Origin: Sphingobacteriales bacterium
GTDB lineage: Bacteria > Bacteroidota > Bacteroidia > Chitinophagales > JADJOU01
Direction of reading: 5' to 3'
Length of the DNA stretch: 64,000 bases
Assembly: GCA_021297855.1 (NCBI GenBank)
Contig: JAJTHM010000010.1
Location: 30,446-94,445, forward strand
Part shown: positions 1 through 9,990 of the stretch, piece by piece
Position numbering within the stretch: position 1 is the stretch's first letter
Layout of the letters: each line of letters starts with the position of its first letter
Position numbers and translations under genes: made by a program
The notes under the pieces: model-generated
Database searches by the model: none
What the model was told of the DNA's origin: nothing
Seen by the model: only the letters and a program-made list of their open reading frames with translations

Positions 1-2071
1 CAGAAGAATCAGTAGTAGTTATTACAGGCGGAGAACTAATCGTTAGGTTTAATGTAACAATACTATCGCATCCATTCGAAGATGCAAACGTATCCTTATA
101 AACTCCTGATGTGCTTCTCTGCAATCCATTGAAGAGATAAGTCATTCCTTTGCAAATCGTAGAATTTATGGTAGAACTAGACGTTGGTTTTATAGTTAGA
201 TTCAAGATAATCAAACTATCACAGCCATTTGTGGCAATCAAGGTATCTCTGTAAACTCCTGCAGATGTGAGATTGTTTCCGTTAAAACTATATGATGCTC
301 CATTGCAAATGGAAGTATTTAAAATGGAAGAGTCCTGTGGTAGTACAGTGATAAAAATATAATTTGTGTCGCATCTAGTTGTGGCCCCATTTGTTATACA
401 AATCACTCTATTAATAGTATCTCTACCTACAAAATTTGTGTTAGGCATATATTTTACGCTGCCATTTGTTTTAATTAAAACACTACCCTTTCGACAGTAT
501 ACACTCATAGTGACACCAGCCGATGAATAAACGGGCGCAAACCCTCCTATATCAATAGATGCACAAGCCTTAGTTGTTACTGATGTATCTCTTGTACAAT
601 TCAATACAAAAAGGTTAAATGTAACAAAACTATCACAACTTGAAATATTCGTAAGCGTATCATAATAAACTCCTCCTAATTTCAAAATATTTCCAGCAAA
701 ACTTAACGTATCTCCAAAACATATAGTATCATATACATCAATTTTTGAGACACAGTTATAGGTCTCTATCGCCCCTATATCAATATTACTATTCTGAATT
801 CTATCTGCACCAAGGAAATCAAGTTTTTCAGTCCAAGTATATAAACTACTGTCTCCTTTATCTAAAAGTGGGCTAGTGGGGAGTAAAGCAAGACTGTCAG
901 CCCCAGTGCCTCCTTTAAATAGAGGATTGATTTTGTATAAATTTTTAGTAGAACCGGCAGCTAAAGGTATGGTGCTTATTAAAGTGCTATCTATCTGAAA
1001 GAGATTGTTATTAGCTATGATAGTTGCGCCACCATTGCGAATGTCTGAATATAATGAATCGGCATACCCAGTCGGATTTTTATTTCCCCAAAAAATATTA
1101 TTGCGTAGATAGTTTATAGCAGAGCCTTGAGTAAAAAATCCACCAGTAAAAAATGTATTTACTCCATTTGAAGAAATAGTATTGTTCTCAATATAGTGCA
1201 CTCCTGCAGTTGTTTGCAGAGCAGTACCTCCCGAATTATTGGCAATGATATTATTGACTATTTTTGACGAGCTATCAAAAAATGAAATTGCATTTCCCCA
1301 TAAGTTTTTAGTGACTAGGTTTCCTATAAAATTAACTTTTGATCGAAATGAATATACGACATTTCCAATATGATTTTGAATGATATTGTTCGATATTAGA
1401 TAATTACCTCCCCATAGATAAATAGCTGTTCCCTGATTAGTGCCCAGATTACTATCAATAATACAATTTTGAATGGTGGTATTTGAATTATATGAAGCAA
1501 TTCCATCTCCAAAATCCCCAGCCCGATTCTTCCTAATTGTACAATGGCTTATCAAATTAGTCCCGCCATTTATGTATATGCCACCGCCAGCTACTGGAAT
1601 TATTGGACCCCACCCGCTGCTTGGCGCAGGTCTTCCTTTTTCTATAGTAAATCCATTAAGAACTGAGGTATCGGCTGAGCTAGAACCTCCCATCAGTACT
1701 ACGTGAATAAAAGAATCTGTAGCTGTGGCACCCGACAAGATAGTAGGATTAGCAGAGATATTTCTCATTCCTCCGCCATTTGGATAGCCTCCATAGACCT
1801 CTAGTCCTGCTCGTATGTGAAAAGCAGAAGAATGGAAAATACTTGTAGAATTGGTAGAGTTATAAGTTCCTTTTGCCACTAAGATAGAATCTACAGCTGA
1901 GTTATTAGAAGCACTATCTAGAGCTCTACCAAGAGACTTAAAGGCATTAGACCACGAAGAGCCATTTCCAGAAGTTACAATAGCACTATCTACATAGAGC
2001 GTTTGCGATTGAACATCTCCTAGAAACATTGTAAAAACAAAAATGAAGAAACTAATTAAAAATGGTTTCAT
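1..2071 (-). CDS. Large secreted protein, 3' end outside window: signal peptide, parallel beta-helix/choice-of-anchor-Q-like region, then Cys-containing 'CDS' repeats (probable T9SS cargo)
   Basis: Absent from the ORF track because it runs off the window edge. My manual translation from ATG 2071 is open to position 1: MKPFLISFFIFVFTMFLGDVQSQTLYVDSA..., N-rich beta-helix repeats (NNIIANN, NNIFWGN), a DIGAIE motif, then about 40-aa repeats IC.G....F.G.....GVY.DT......CDS....NL. Confidence 0.85.
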   Translation of the reverse strand, partial: MKPFLISFFIFVFTMFLGDVQSQTLYVDSAIVTSGNGSSWSNAFKSLGRALDSASNNSAVDSILVAKGTYNSTNSTSIFHSSAFHIRAGLEVYGGYPNGGGMRNISANPTILSGATATDSFIHVVLMGGSSSADTSVLNGFTIEKGRPAPSSGWGPIIPVAGGGIYINGGTNLISHCTIRKNRAGDFGDGIASYNSNTTIQNCIIDSNLGTNQGTAIYLWGGNYLISNNIIQNHIGNVVYSFRSKVNFIGNLVTKNLWGNAISFFDSSSKIVNNIIANNSGGTALQTTAGVHYIENNTISSNGVNTFFTGGFFTQGSAINYLRNNIFWGNKNPTGYADSLYSDIRNGGATIIANNNLFQIDSTLISTIPLAAGSTKNLYKINPLFKGGTGADSLALLPTSPLLDKGDSSLYTWTEKLDFLGADRIQNSNIDIGAIETYNCVSKIDVYDTICFGDTLSFAGNILKLGGVYYDTLTNISSCDSFVTFNLFVLNCTRDTSVTTKACASIDIGGFAPVYSSAGVTMSVYCRKGSVLIKTNGSVKYMPNTNFVGRDTINRVICITNGATTRCDTNYIFITVLPQDSSILNTSICNGASYSFNGNNLTSAGVYRDTLIATNGCDSLIILNLTIKPTSSSTINSTICKGMTYLFNGLQRSTSGVYKDTFASSNGCDSIVTLNLTISSPPVITTTDSS

Positions 2072-2176
2072 AAAAGTATAACTTAGTAATTAATAGTCCG
2101 CTAAGTTAAGGCAAGTGCGATTATTTAAATTAGATTTTTTACTTAGAATCAAAATTATAGAAATAAAATTCTAATG

Positions 2177-2184
2177 TATATTTG
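2177..2184 (+). promoter_or_regulatory. Bacteroidota sigma70 -7 box (TATATTTG)
   Basis: Matches TAnnTTTG and ends 15 nt before ATG 2200. Confidence 0.6.
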
Positions 2185-2199
2185 CATCAAACAATTCAC

Positions 2200-3156
2200 A
2201 TGAGTCAAAAAAATATTCTCGTCATAGGAGCAGGAGGTCAGATAGGAACCGTTTTGGTTGAAAAGCTAAAAGATGTGTACGGAGCCTCTTCTGTATTTGC
2301 TACTGATTTAAAAGAGAATACAGAGAAGGGAATTTTAGGACTAGATGTAATGGACAGAGCAGGGTTAGAAGCATTTATTGAAAAAAACAAAATCACAGAA
2401 ATATATCATCTGGCGGCTATCTTATCTGCTCGTGGAGAACAAAATCCTAAATGGGCATGGGACATCAATATGGGAGGATTGTTTAATGTATTTGAATCTG
2501 CCGTTAAATTTAAGGTAAAAAAGGTCTTCTACCCTAGTACGATTGCCGTATTTGGTCAGCATATCCCTCTGGAAAGTACCCCTAATCATGTGCCTCTGGT
2601 GCCCGCGACTGTCTATGGTATCAGTAAAGTCGCTGGTGAGTTGTGGGCAGAATATTATTTTACTAAATATGGATTAGATGTGCGCTCCGTTCGCTATCCG
2701 GGTGTCATAGGTTATCAATCGTTGGCCGGTGGAGGTACCACAGACTATGCGGTGGATATATTCCATGCCGAAGCGAAAAATGAGGTTTTCAATTGTTTCC
2801 TATCAGAACATACCAAACTACCTATGATTTATATGGACGACTGCATCAATGCCACGATTGATATCATGCGAGCTCCGAAAGAAGCTATAAAAATAAGAAC
2901 GAGTTATAATCTGGCTGGTATGAGTTTTTCTCCCGTTGAGATTGCCACGGAAATTCAAAAACGAAACCCAAACTTTAAAATCGAATACAACCCTGATTTT
3001 CGCCAAGCCATAGCAGCTTCCTGGCCTGCAAGTATTGATGATTCTGAAGCAAAAAAAGACTGGGGCTGGCAGCCAAAATATAATCTTTCGGCCTTAGTGG
3101 AGGTTATGATGACCGAGGTTAGAAAAAAATATTCTAGCCTTAAAGATTCTCTATAA
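2200..3156 (+). CDS. NAD-dependent epimerase/dehydratase family protein, probable SDR-type L-threonine 3-dehydrogenase
   Basis: GAGGQIG Rossmann motif, YGISK catalytic motif, GGGTTDYA motif typical of SDR-type threonine dehydrogenases. ATG 2200 is preferred over the track's TTG 2182, which lies inside the -7 box. Confidence 0.8.
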   Translation: MSQKNILVIGAGGQIGTVLVEKLKDVYGASSVFATDLKENTEKGILGLDVMDRAGLEAFIEKNKITEIYHLAAILSARGEQNPKWAWDINMGGLFNVFESAVKFKVKKVFYPSTIAVFGQHIPLESTPNHVPLVPATVYGISKVAGELWAEYYFTKYGLDVRSVRYPGVIGYQSLAGGGTTDYAVDIFHAEAKNEVFNCFLSEHTKLPMIYMDDCINATIDIMRAPKEAIKIRTSYNLAGMSFSPVEIATEIQKRNPNFKIEYNPDFRQAIAASWPASIDDSEAKKDWGWQPKYNLSALVEVMMTEVRKKYSSLKDSL

Positions 3157-3778
3157 TCGCCTCAAATTCTTTATAACCTATTTGCCCTTCTGCGGTCTTA
3201 CTTCCACTTATATAGTGCACATAGGTAAATGGAGCACCGAGAAACAATGAAGTTATCCTAGTAAATTTAGCGTCTTCTCCCATCCCAAACGCAACTATAT
3301 TTTCTTCCCCTTGATATAAATTCAAGAGATTGAGACAATCATCTCTAAAATTGACTTTGGTTGCTATCTTCACTATATCCGCCCCTATTTGCCTAGACTG
3401 ATCTATGATTTCTTTTAGTTCTTTTTGAGAGGGTGTTTTATCAAAATTATGATAGGAAATGATCACCTTGACACCATAACCTTTGGCAAATGAAATCAAA
3501 TCGTCTCTTTGCTGACTATTTAACATCAGCTCTACATCTATAAAACTTGCTCCTGCGCTCATGGCCTTTTTTAATTGCTCCATTTTTTGAACGCTGGCAT
3601 TCGTAGAGTCTGCTTCTCTGTAGGTCGCTATGATTTCTATTGGCAAAGAAAAAATCTCAGATAAATATTGAGATCTAAATTGACATAGATCCATTCGTAC
3701 CTCCGCTATGCTAAATTTCTCAGCTATAGAAATAGCACGCTTTATATTGCTTTCAGTAAAAATAACACAGGGTCTCAC
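3140..3778 (-). CDS. aroD: Type I 3-dehydroquinate dehydratase
   Basis: EVRMD, IATYR, FIDVE, IISYHNFDKTP, ADIVKIA and AFGMG motifs; sits in the aro cluster. Confidence 0.9.
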   Translation of the reverse strand: MRPCVIFTESNIKRAISIAEKFSIAEVRMDLCQFRSQYLSEIFSLPIEIIATYREADSTNASVQKMEQLKKAMSAGASFIDVELMLNSQQRDDLISFAKGYGVKVIISYHNFDKTPSQKELKEIIDQSRQIGADIVKIATKVNFRDDCLNLLNLYQGEENIVAFGMGEDAKFTRITSLFLGAPFTYVHYISGSKTAEGQIGYKEFEAIIENL

Positions 3779-3784
3779 ATGTTT

Positions 3785-5068
3785 TTATTTTAATACATAA
3801 AGACCGCCCAATTTTTCTAAGTCCGGATAAAAGTCCGGATAAGATTTTTGAACGGTCTCGCAACCTTTCAACTTACCTCCCATCAAAAATAATGCCAATA
3901 CACTGGCAGCCATAGCCATACGATGATCACCATTAGACTCAAACTCAATGTCATTCACTCTTTCGACAGCTAAATTTAATTTTGATTTTCCAAAAATCAT
4001 TAAATTATTTTCTTCTAAACTGTAGTGAATCTGCAACGATTCTAACCAATTTAGTATACCACTTAACCGATTACTTTCTTTGTGAATTAGCCTATTCACT
4101 CCCATCAGTTTGCTTTCCCCCTCTGCGAAAATGGCCAGCACCGCGAGAATTGGAGCTAAATCTGGAGCATCCCTTAGGTCAGCAGTGAACGGCCTATGAC
4201 GATTTGACTGAATGCTTAGTGAACCCTTTTCCCAATTTAGTTTAGCGCCAAATTCTTTGACAATATCCAAAATTTTTAGATCTGCCTGCAGACTATTCGG
4301 GTTTAAACCTTGCAGAGCGATATCGCCGCTGATAGCTGCTGCAACTATCCAGAAAGCAGCCGAACTCCAATCACCTTCCACTAGAATGGAGGCTTTAGAC
4401 TTTAAAATGGATGGACTTATTTGCAAGCCCCCATCAATCCAGTCAATGCTTGCCCCAAGACCACGAAGTAAGTCTATAGTCATATCAAGATAGGGTTTAC
4501 TCTTCAAATTTTTAATACCTAGCCTTAACACCTGCTGATGATTTAGCCCCACTAGATAATAGAGCAATCCTGAAATAAACTGCGAACTTATAGAACCATC
4601 TATTTCCAAATCTATGGCACGTCTATTCCCATGATAAGTAATAGGCAAATGATTTTGCTGTCCTTGGTAGGCTAGACCCAGTTGATCAAATACAGGATAT
4701 AGAGAATTCATTGGCCGATGAAGCAGACTTCCTGTTCCTTCAACTAGAGTTTTTCCCTTATTTAGCAGCATAAGTCCCAAAAATAATCTAGCACAGAGTC
4801 CCGATTCGTGGCAATGGATGGTCACATCCTTGGTAAAATCAAACGATGAATGAACCACTAAGTGTGTCTCTTCTCTCCAGACCAGTTCGGCTTCAGTAGA
4901 TTTAATTATATCGAGAACTGAGAGCTCATCCGTGGATTTACCTAAATTTAAAATTTCGAGCGTTGGAATTAAAAAAGAAGCTGCAAGCGCTCGTTGACTA
5001 TAGCTTTTAGACGGTGGCACTGATAAAACCCCCGCGAGTTTTTGACATGACTCTATGACAACATCCAT
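3785..5068 (-). CDS. aroA: 3-phosphoshikimate 1-carboxyvinyltransferase (EPSP synthase)
   Basis: PPSKSYSQRAL, ESGLCAR, RPM, SSQFISG, EGDWSSAA, PDL, KESNR and DHRMAM motifs. Confidence 0.95.
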   Translation of the reverse strand: MDVVIESCQKLAGVLSVPPSKSYSQRALAASFLIPTLEILNLGKSTDELSVLDIIKSTEAELVWREETHLVVHSSFDFTKDVTIHCHESGLCARLFLGLMLLNKGKTLVEGTGSLLHRPMNSLYPVFDQLGLAYQGQQNHLPITYHGNRRAIDLEIDGSISSQFISGLLYYLVGLNHQQVLRLGIKNLKSKPYLDMTIDLLRGLGASIDWIDGGLQISPSILKSKASILVEGDWSSAAFWIVAAAISGDIALQGLNPNSLQADLKILDIVKEFGAKLNWEKGSLSIQSNRHRPFTADLRDAPDLAPILAVLAIFAEGESKLMGVNRLIHKESNRLSGILNWLESLQIHYSLEENNLMIFGKSKLNLAVERVNDIEFESNGDHRMAMAASVLALFLMGGKLKGCETVQKSYPDFYPDLEKLGGLYVLK

Positions 5069-6114
5069 TTCTCCTGCTCTGCTTTGATGAGATACTCCTT
5101 CAGTTTATCTAAACTCATTTTTTCTATACTGGCTTTCCCTAGTTCTTTTAATAAAATAAAAAAAATGGCATCTCCTTCGCGTTTTTTATCTGCCTTTATT
5201 TTCTCATAAATAGCCATAGCGGAAAAGCTTTCTAGACCAGTAGGTAATTTATATAGACCTAGTACTTTTTGAACTTGACCTGTAAAGCCGAGATTTACAT
5301 GATAATAGCTTTCAGACATTTTGGCAGCAAATAGCATCCCTAGACCTACCGATTTTCCATGAGATAAGCCATAGATCGACTCTATAGCGTGTCCCACAGT
5401 ATGTCCAAAATTCAGAATGCGTCTTTTGTTCTCTTCAAATGGATCCTCCTTTACTATAGTGGATTTATGTATTATACAACGATAGATTATCTTTTGTAAA
5501 CTAGCTTTATCAATCATGATCTCATGCAAATTCTGGTTTGATAGTTCTTGAAAAAGACCAGCATCTAGGATCAATCCATACTTAATAATCTCTGCAAATC
5601 CATCTGCCATTTCTTCTGGAGGGAGCTGATTTAAAATTTCTGGAAAATAGTAAATGGACTTTGGCTGATAAATCGTACCTAGTTGATTTTTGAACTGTTT
5701 GAAATTAATCCCGTTCTTGCCCCCTATGCTTGCATCGATCAGACTTAGAAGTGTGCTGGGCACAATGGAAAACGAAACACCTCTTAGATAAACTGATGCT
5801 GCAAAGCCCGCTAAATCAGATACCGACCCCCCACCTATAGTCACTACATGACCCTTCCTATCCAGCTCCTGATTTGAAAATTGACCGACGAGCCAATAAA
5901 AAACCTCTAAACTCTTACCCTCATCTCCACCATCTAACTCTATGACACGGTCCGTAAGATTAAATGGTATATGGCGTCTAATTTTACTATCTATCACCCA
6001 AATGACTTTTGAATAGCCTTCACTCACTGCAGCGGATAGCTCCTTCCAGCTATCTACCTGCGCTACGTTTGTAGTCGATTCTCTAAACACTTGATAATGC
6101 GAAATTGACTTCAT
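5053..6114 (-). CDS. aroB: 3-dehydroquinate synthase
   Basis: GGGSVSDLAGF, PSTLLSLIDASIGGKNG, LNFGHTVGHAIE and HGKSV motifs. Confidence 0.95.
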   Translation of the reverse strand: MKSISHYQVFRESTTNVAQVDSWKELSAAVSEGYSKVIWVIDSKIRRHIPFNLTDRVIELDGGDEGKSLEVFYWLVGQFSNQELDRKGHVVTIGGGSVSDLAGFAASVYLRGVSFSIVPSTLLSLIDASIGGKNGINFKQFKNQLGTIYQPKSIYYFPEILNQLPPEEMADGFAEIIKYGLILDAGLFQELSNQNLHEIMIDKASLQKIIYRCIIHKSTIVKEDPFEENKRRILNFGHTVGHAIESIYGLSHGKSVGLGMLFAAKMSESYYHVNLGFTGQVQKVLGLYKLPTGLESFSAMAIYEKIKADKKREGDAIFFILLKELGKASIEKMSLDKLKEYLIKAEQEKWMLS

Positions 6115-6115
6115 A

Positions 6116-6538
6116 TCAAAACAATTCGAGTTCAGTTAGTTTATTATTCGCCTTAGTGACCCCTAAATGAGATATCCCATTGGTTATGATAAAGGTGTTT
6201 GCCCCGAGATTCAAGTTATAGCGTGCCAATTGTTCCATCACACTGCTGCTCAGTTTCTTCTGTGGAGCCTTACATTCTATGAGTATAGACGGTTTTGCTG
6301 CCTCATCATACACGCAAATATCAAATCGCTTTAATCGTTCATTAATATAGAAACCCTTCTCTACGGCTATTTTGCTAATTGAAATCTGCTTAGTCTCGGT
6401 CAAATAATGCAACCACAACTGTCGAACCTCTTCTTCAGGACTGGCTAGAACCCATTTTTTTCGCACAATATCATAAATAACTTTGGATTGATCCTGTGCC
6501 TTGGACTGAATTTTATACTGACCGAATTGGACTGTCAT
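6116..6538 (-). CDS. Stand-alone type I restriction enzyme HsdR N-terminal domain protein (HSDR_N_2-like)
   Basis: YDIVRKKWVLASPEEEVRQ, KRFDICVY, ILIECKAP, EQLARYN and ITNG motifs, a PD-(D/E)XK-type domain. Confidence 0.85.
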   Translation of the reverse strand: MTVQFGQYKIQSKAQDQSKVIYDIVRKKWVLASPEEEVRQLWLHYLTETKQISISKIAVEKGFYINERLKRFDICVYDEAAKPSILIECKAPQKKLSSSVMEQLARYNLNLGANTFIITNGISHLGVTKANNKLTELELF

Positions 6539-8349
6539 ATTTCATCTTCTAATTTCTCTCCACGCAGCTTTCGCAGCCGTTTTCTGGCATCTGCTGTGAA
6601 TACAGAATCTTTATACTTAGTCAATAAGTTTAGATAGGCAGCTTTGGCGCTTTCTATATTTTTAAAAACCTCTTCCTCTAGTTTTGCCCATTCATAGAGC
6701 GCTCTGTCGGCTAGGATTGACGTTGGAAATTTATCATAGAGTTCTTTGTAGAGTCTAGATGCAGCGCTATCATTTTCCACTCCTTTTTCATAATTTGCTT
6801 CTATGAGCAACACGTCGTCGATAAGACTAGAATTTGGAAATACCTTTTTTAAGGAAGCCAGCGTCTTGACAGCTTCTTCGGGTCTATTCTGATAAAATAG
6901 CAATTCGGCAGTGGACACATCCTTCATAGCTAATTCTTTGGCATTGTCTCCTTGGTTTTCTTGGATAAATACAGCCAATTGCAAAGCATCATTTGCTATC
7001 AACTCACTGGTAGATGATTTCAAAATAGATAGCAAATCCTCTGCCAATTCATAATCTCCATTAAAGTAAAAAACCTTAGAATTCTTATACCTGGCCTCCT
7101 CTCCTAAAGGTCCATCTTTCTCCTCCTTATCCACTTGACCATAGAGCAGAGAGGCTTCCCATATATCGTTCATCGCTAGTTTGATGTCGGCTAGGTCGAG
7201 CTTGGCTCTAGAGATATATTGACTAGCCAACATAGGTGTCTCTATCATTTTTTCGAGAATGCTTAATGCTTGTGGCAATCTTTTTAAGTACTTAACAGTA
7301 TATTCCGCATACAGCAACTGTATCTCTGCGGTTGTTTGATTGCTACCATATTGCTCCAGATACCGTATAATCTCATTATGTAGCTCGGATAAATGTGTCG
7401 AATCGCGAAGTCGTTCTCTTTTAAGTCTGGTATAGAGTGAGAGAATCTTTTTCTCATTCGCCAGTTTGGCATAGCCAGAAGAATTGTTTTTTATCACATA
7501 GTCATAGCCATCTATTGCAATTTTAAATTCATTTTCACCAGCGGCTATTTCAGCTATTTGATATACTTGCATACCTTGACCCCCTTTTCTTTTTTCATAT
7601 GATTTGGTGAGTTGCAATGCTTGCTCATAGTCTTTGACCGTCATGGCCATCTGCATAGCTAGTTCATTCCATTTATCACTTCCTGGTTCTGCGCCTAGCT
7701 TCGCGAATAGTTTCTTCTCCATGATTCGCTGTGCGGTCTTGCTCGTAGTCAAAAAATCATAGGTGGAGTAGAGATACATATAGTTATGATTGTCCAACTC
7801 CAGTTGACCAAAGGCTAAACTGACGGCCTCTTCCATTCGATCTTGTTTGACATAGACGGCTAATAAATTCGACTGAAAAGCGTCTTTTGATTTAGTCTTT
7901 TTCTGAAACTTGAGAATCAAATCCTCCGCCATGGACCAATTTCGATTCTCCATATACTTCTGAATAAATGAATTGGCTTCGTATTCATTTTCTCCTATGA
8001 GATCATTAATTTGTGTCCATTCTTTCTTGGCTTGGTTGCTATCATTGAGTTTCTCAAAAGCCAGTCCCAGATTGTATTTATAAATGAGGCTTTTGTTATT
8101 CGTCTTCAGAACTTGCTTAGTCAGTTCTATGGCCTCACTATATTTTTTAAGTTGAAAATAAGTCTTATAAAGATAATCGTAAAACTTAGTTGGCTTAAGT
8201 TCAAACTGTTTTTTCAAAAGAATCTCCGCCTTATCATATTCTCTCAGCTGAAAAAACTGTATAGCTAAGCGCTCGTCTTCTGGGGTCTGAGAATACCCTT
8301 TCCCTATTATAAGAAGAAAACATAAAACAAACCAAAAATTTTTCACCAA
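6535..8349 (-). CDS. Exported tetratricopeptide-repeat protein
   Basis: Signal peptide ending GYSQ, followed by many helical TPR-like repeats. Confidence 0.8.
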   Translation of the reverse strand: MVKNFWFVLCFLLIIGKGYSQTPEDERLAIQFFQLREYDKAEILLKKQFELKPTKFYDYLYKTYFQLKKYSEAIELTKQVLKTNNKSLIYKYNLGLAFEKLNDSNQAKKEWTQINDLIGENEYEANSFIQKYMENRNWSMAEDLILKFQKKTKSKDAFQSNLLAVYVKQDRMEEAVSLAFGQLELDNHNYMYLYSTYDFLTTSKTAQRIMEKKLFAKLGAEPGSDKWNELAMQMAMTVKDYEQALQLTKSYEKRKGGQGMQVYQIAEIAAGENEFKIAIDGYDYVIKNNSSGYAKLANEKKILSLYTRLKRERLRDSTHLSELHNEIIRYLEQYGSNQTTAEIQLLYAEYTVKYLKRLPQALSILEKMIETPMLASQYISRAKLDLADIKLAMNDIWEASLLYGQVDKEEKDGPLGEEARYKNSKVFYFNGDYELAEDLLSILKSSTSELIANDALQLAVFIQENQGDNAKELAMKDVSTAELLFYQNRPEEAVKTLASLKKVFPNSSLIDDVLLIEANYEKGVENDSAASRLYKELYDKFPTSILADRALYEWAKLEEEVFKNIESAKAAYLNLLTKYKDSVFTADARKRLRKLRGEKLEDEI

Positions 8350-8356
8350 AAAATGA

Positions 8357-9061
8357 TTAACTCACCAATGTCCCCAAGGCCTCTCCTTTCAATATTCGCG
8401 CTAGATTTCCTGGCTGATTCATGTCGAAGACCATAATGGGTTTTTTATTTTCTTCGCAGAGTGTAAAGGCTGTCAAATCCATGACCTCATACTTATTTTC
8501 ATAGACTTCTTTGAAGCTGAGTTTGTCAAATTTTTTCGCATTCGGGTCCTTGCGTGGATCTGCGGAATAGATGCCATCCACATTGGTGCCTTTCATGACG
8601 ATATCCGCATTGATTTCTATTGAGCGAAGCGCTGCAGCAGTATCGGTGGTGAAGTAAGGATTTCCAGTTCCCGCGCCGAATATTACAACCCGCCCTTTTT
8701 CCATGTGCCGGATAGCCCGTCTTTTTATATATGGTTCTGCTATCTGATCCATACGCACTGCACTCAATAATCTCGTATATATCCCTAAATTCTCTATCGA
8801 GCTCTGTAGAGCTAGACCGTTGATCACTGTCGCCAGCATACCCATGTGGTCACCTTGTACTTTGTCTATCCCGATTTCAGCGGCATCCTTACCTCGAAAA
8901 ATATTTCCCCCACCTATGACTAAAGCCAATTCAACACCCAAATCCACCGCAGATTTTATGTCTTCTGCATATTGCTTTAATCTTTCAGGATCATGTCCAT
9001 AATTTCGACTTCCCATAAGGGCCTCGCCACTTAGTTTGAGCAATACTCTCTTGTACTTCAT
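8357..9061 (-). CDS. pyrH: UMP kinase
   Basis: [34 protein letters not shown] and [14 protein letters not shown] motifs. Confidence 0.98.
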   Translation of the reverse strand: MKYKRVLLKLSGEALMGSRNYGHDPERLKQYAEDIKSAVDLGVELALVIGGGNIFRGKDAAEIGIDKVQGDHMGMLATVINGLALQSSIENLGIYTRLLSAVRMDQIAEPYIKRRAIRHMEKGRVVIFGAGTGNPYFTTDTAAALRSIEINADIVMKGTNVDGIYSADPRKDPNAKKFDKLSFKEVYENKYEVMDLTAFTLCEENKKPIMVFDMNQPGNLARILKGEALGTLVS

Positions 9062-9090
9062 TGGAATAACCTTGGGGTTAAATAAAAAAA

Positions 9091-9345
9091 TTAGGATTGA
9101 AAAAACCCACTGATTTTATCTTTGATAGAATCTTTAAGTCTTTGTACATCACACCGACAAATATAATTATCCTTCAGTTTCTGACAGATTTTTGTCTTCA
9201 AATCTTGCTCATGACATATGTATTCTTGACATTCCGCACAGTCGTTTATGTGACTTACGAGTCCTATTCGTTTTTCTTCTGACAATTCATTGTCTATGTA
9301 GTACATGACTTGATTTCGTATGTCTTGACAAGCATTATCTGCCAT
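9091..9345 (-). CDS. Zinc-binding (ZAS, zf-HC2) anti-sigma factor, RsrA/RshA-like
   Basis: HINDCAEC matches HxxxCxxC; N-terminal Cys present; directly downstream of an ECF sigma. Confidence 0.85.
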   Translation of the reverse strand: MADNACQDIRNQVMYYIDNELSEEKRIGLVSHINDCAECQEYICHEQDLKTKICQKLKDNYICRCDVQRLKDSIKDKISGFFQS

Positions 9346-9347
9346 GA

Positions 9348-9980
9348 TTAATCATTTTTATTTCGTTTATCTTTATAACCCATTTTGGCTCCATAAAGTT
9401 GCAGCTTTGATTTCAACATATTTCTAGCTCTAAATAACCTCGATCGAACTGTACCGATTGGTATCTCTAGGATATCACTCAGTTCTTCATAGGTAAAATC
9501 TTCTAAGTCTGCCAAAATGATAATTTGCCTGTAATCGGCAGGCAATCTCTCCAATGATGTAGTCACCTCGTCTCCCATCATTGATTTAAAATGATCCGTA
9601 GTATCTTTGACTACGACTCCATCTAGGTCTTGACTTGAATTTTCATCATTAGAATCTCCATCCTTGGTCTCAATGATATTGTCAAATGAATAGTGCGTTG
9701 GTTTTACCGACTTTTTCCTATAATCGTTTATAAAACCATTCTTCATGATTTTAAACAACCAGGCTTTTTCATTGGTGCCTTCCTGAAAGTTGTCCATAAA
9801 ACGGAAAGCCTTGACAAAGGTATCTTGAACCAAATCATTTGAATCCTCCTCCTCTTTGGTGAGGTAGAATGCATAATTGTATAGCGTACTTAAATGGGGG
9901 AAAAATTTATCATTAAAATAAATTTCTCTCTCCTTTGGTGTTCTGGTATTCGTTCTATAAAAATTTCCCTCTTCTTCCAA
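9348..9980 (-). CDS. ECF sigma-70 family RNA polymerase sigma factor
   Basis: Region 2 (DLVQDTFVKAFR..F.EGTNEKAWLFKIMKN.FIN) and region 4 (DLEDFTYEELSDILEIPIGTVRSRLFRAR). Confidence 0.93.
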   Translation of the reverse strand: MEEEGNFYRTNTRTPKEREIYFNDKFFPHLSTLYNYAFYLTKEEEDSNDLVQDTFVKAFRFMDNFQEGTNEKAWLFKIMKNGFINDYRKKSVKPTHYSFDNIIETKDGDSNDENSSQDLDGVVVKDTTDHFKSMMGDEVTTSLERLPADYRQIIILADLEDFTYEELSDILEIPIGTVRSRLFRARNMLKSKLQLYGAKMGYKDKRNKND

Positions 9981-9990
9981 GTAGTCCTAA

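Noticed and set aside
1473-1706. 77-aa plus-strand ORF, and the other 60-140 aa ORFs nested antisense to long genes
   Set aside because: They overlap well-supported genes on the opposite strand or frame and show no recognisable features.
6116-6538. Type I restriction-modification system
   Set aside because: Only a 140-aa HsdR N-terminal domain; no motor domain, hsdM or hsdS.
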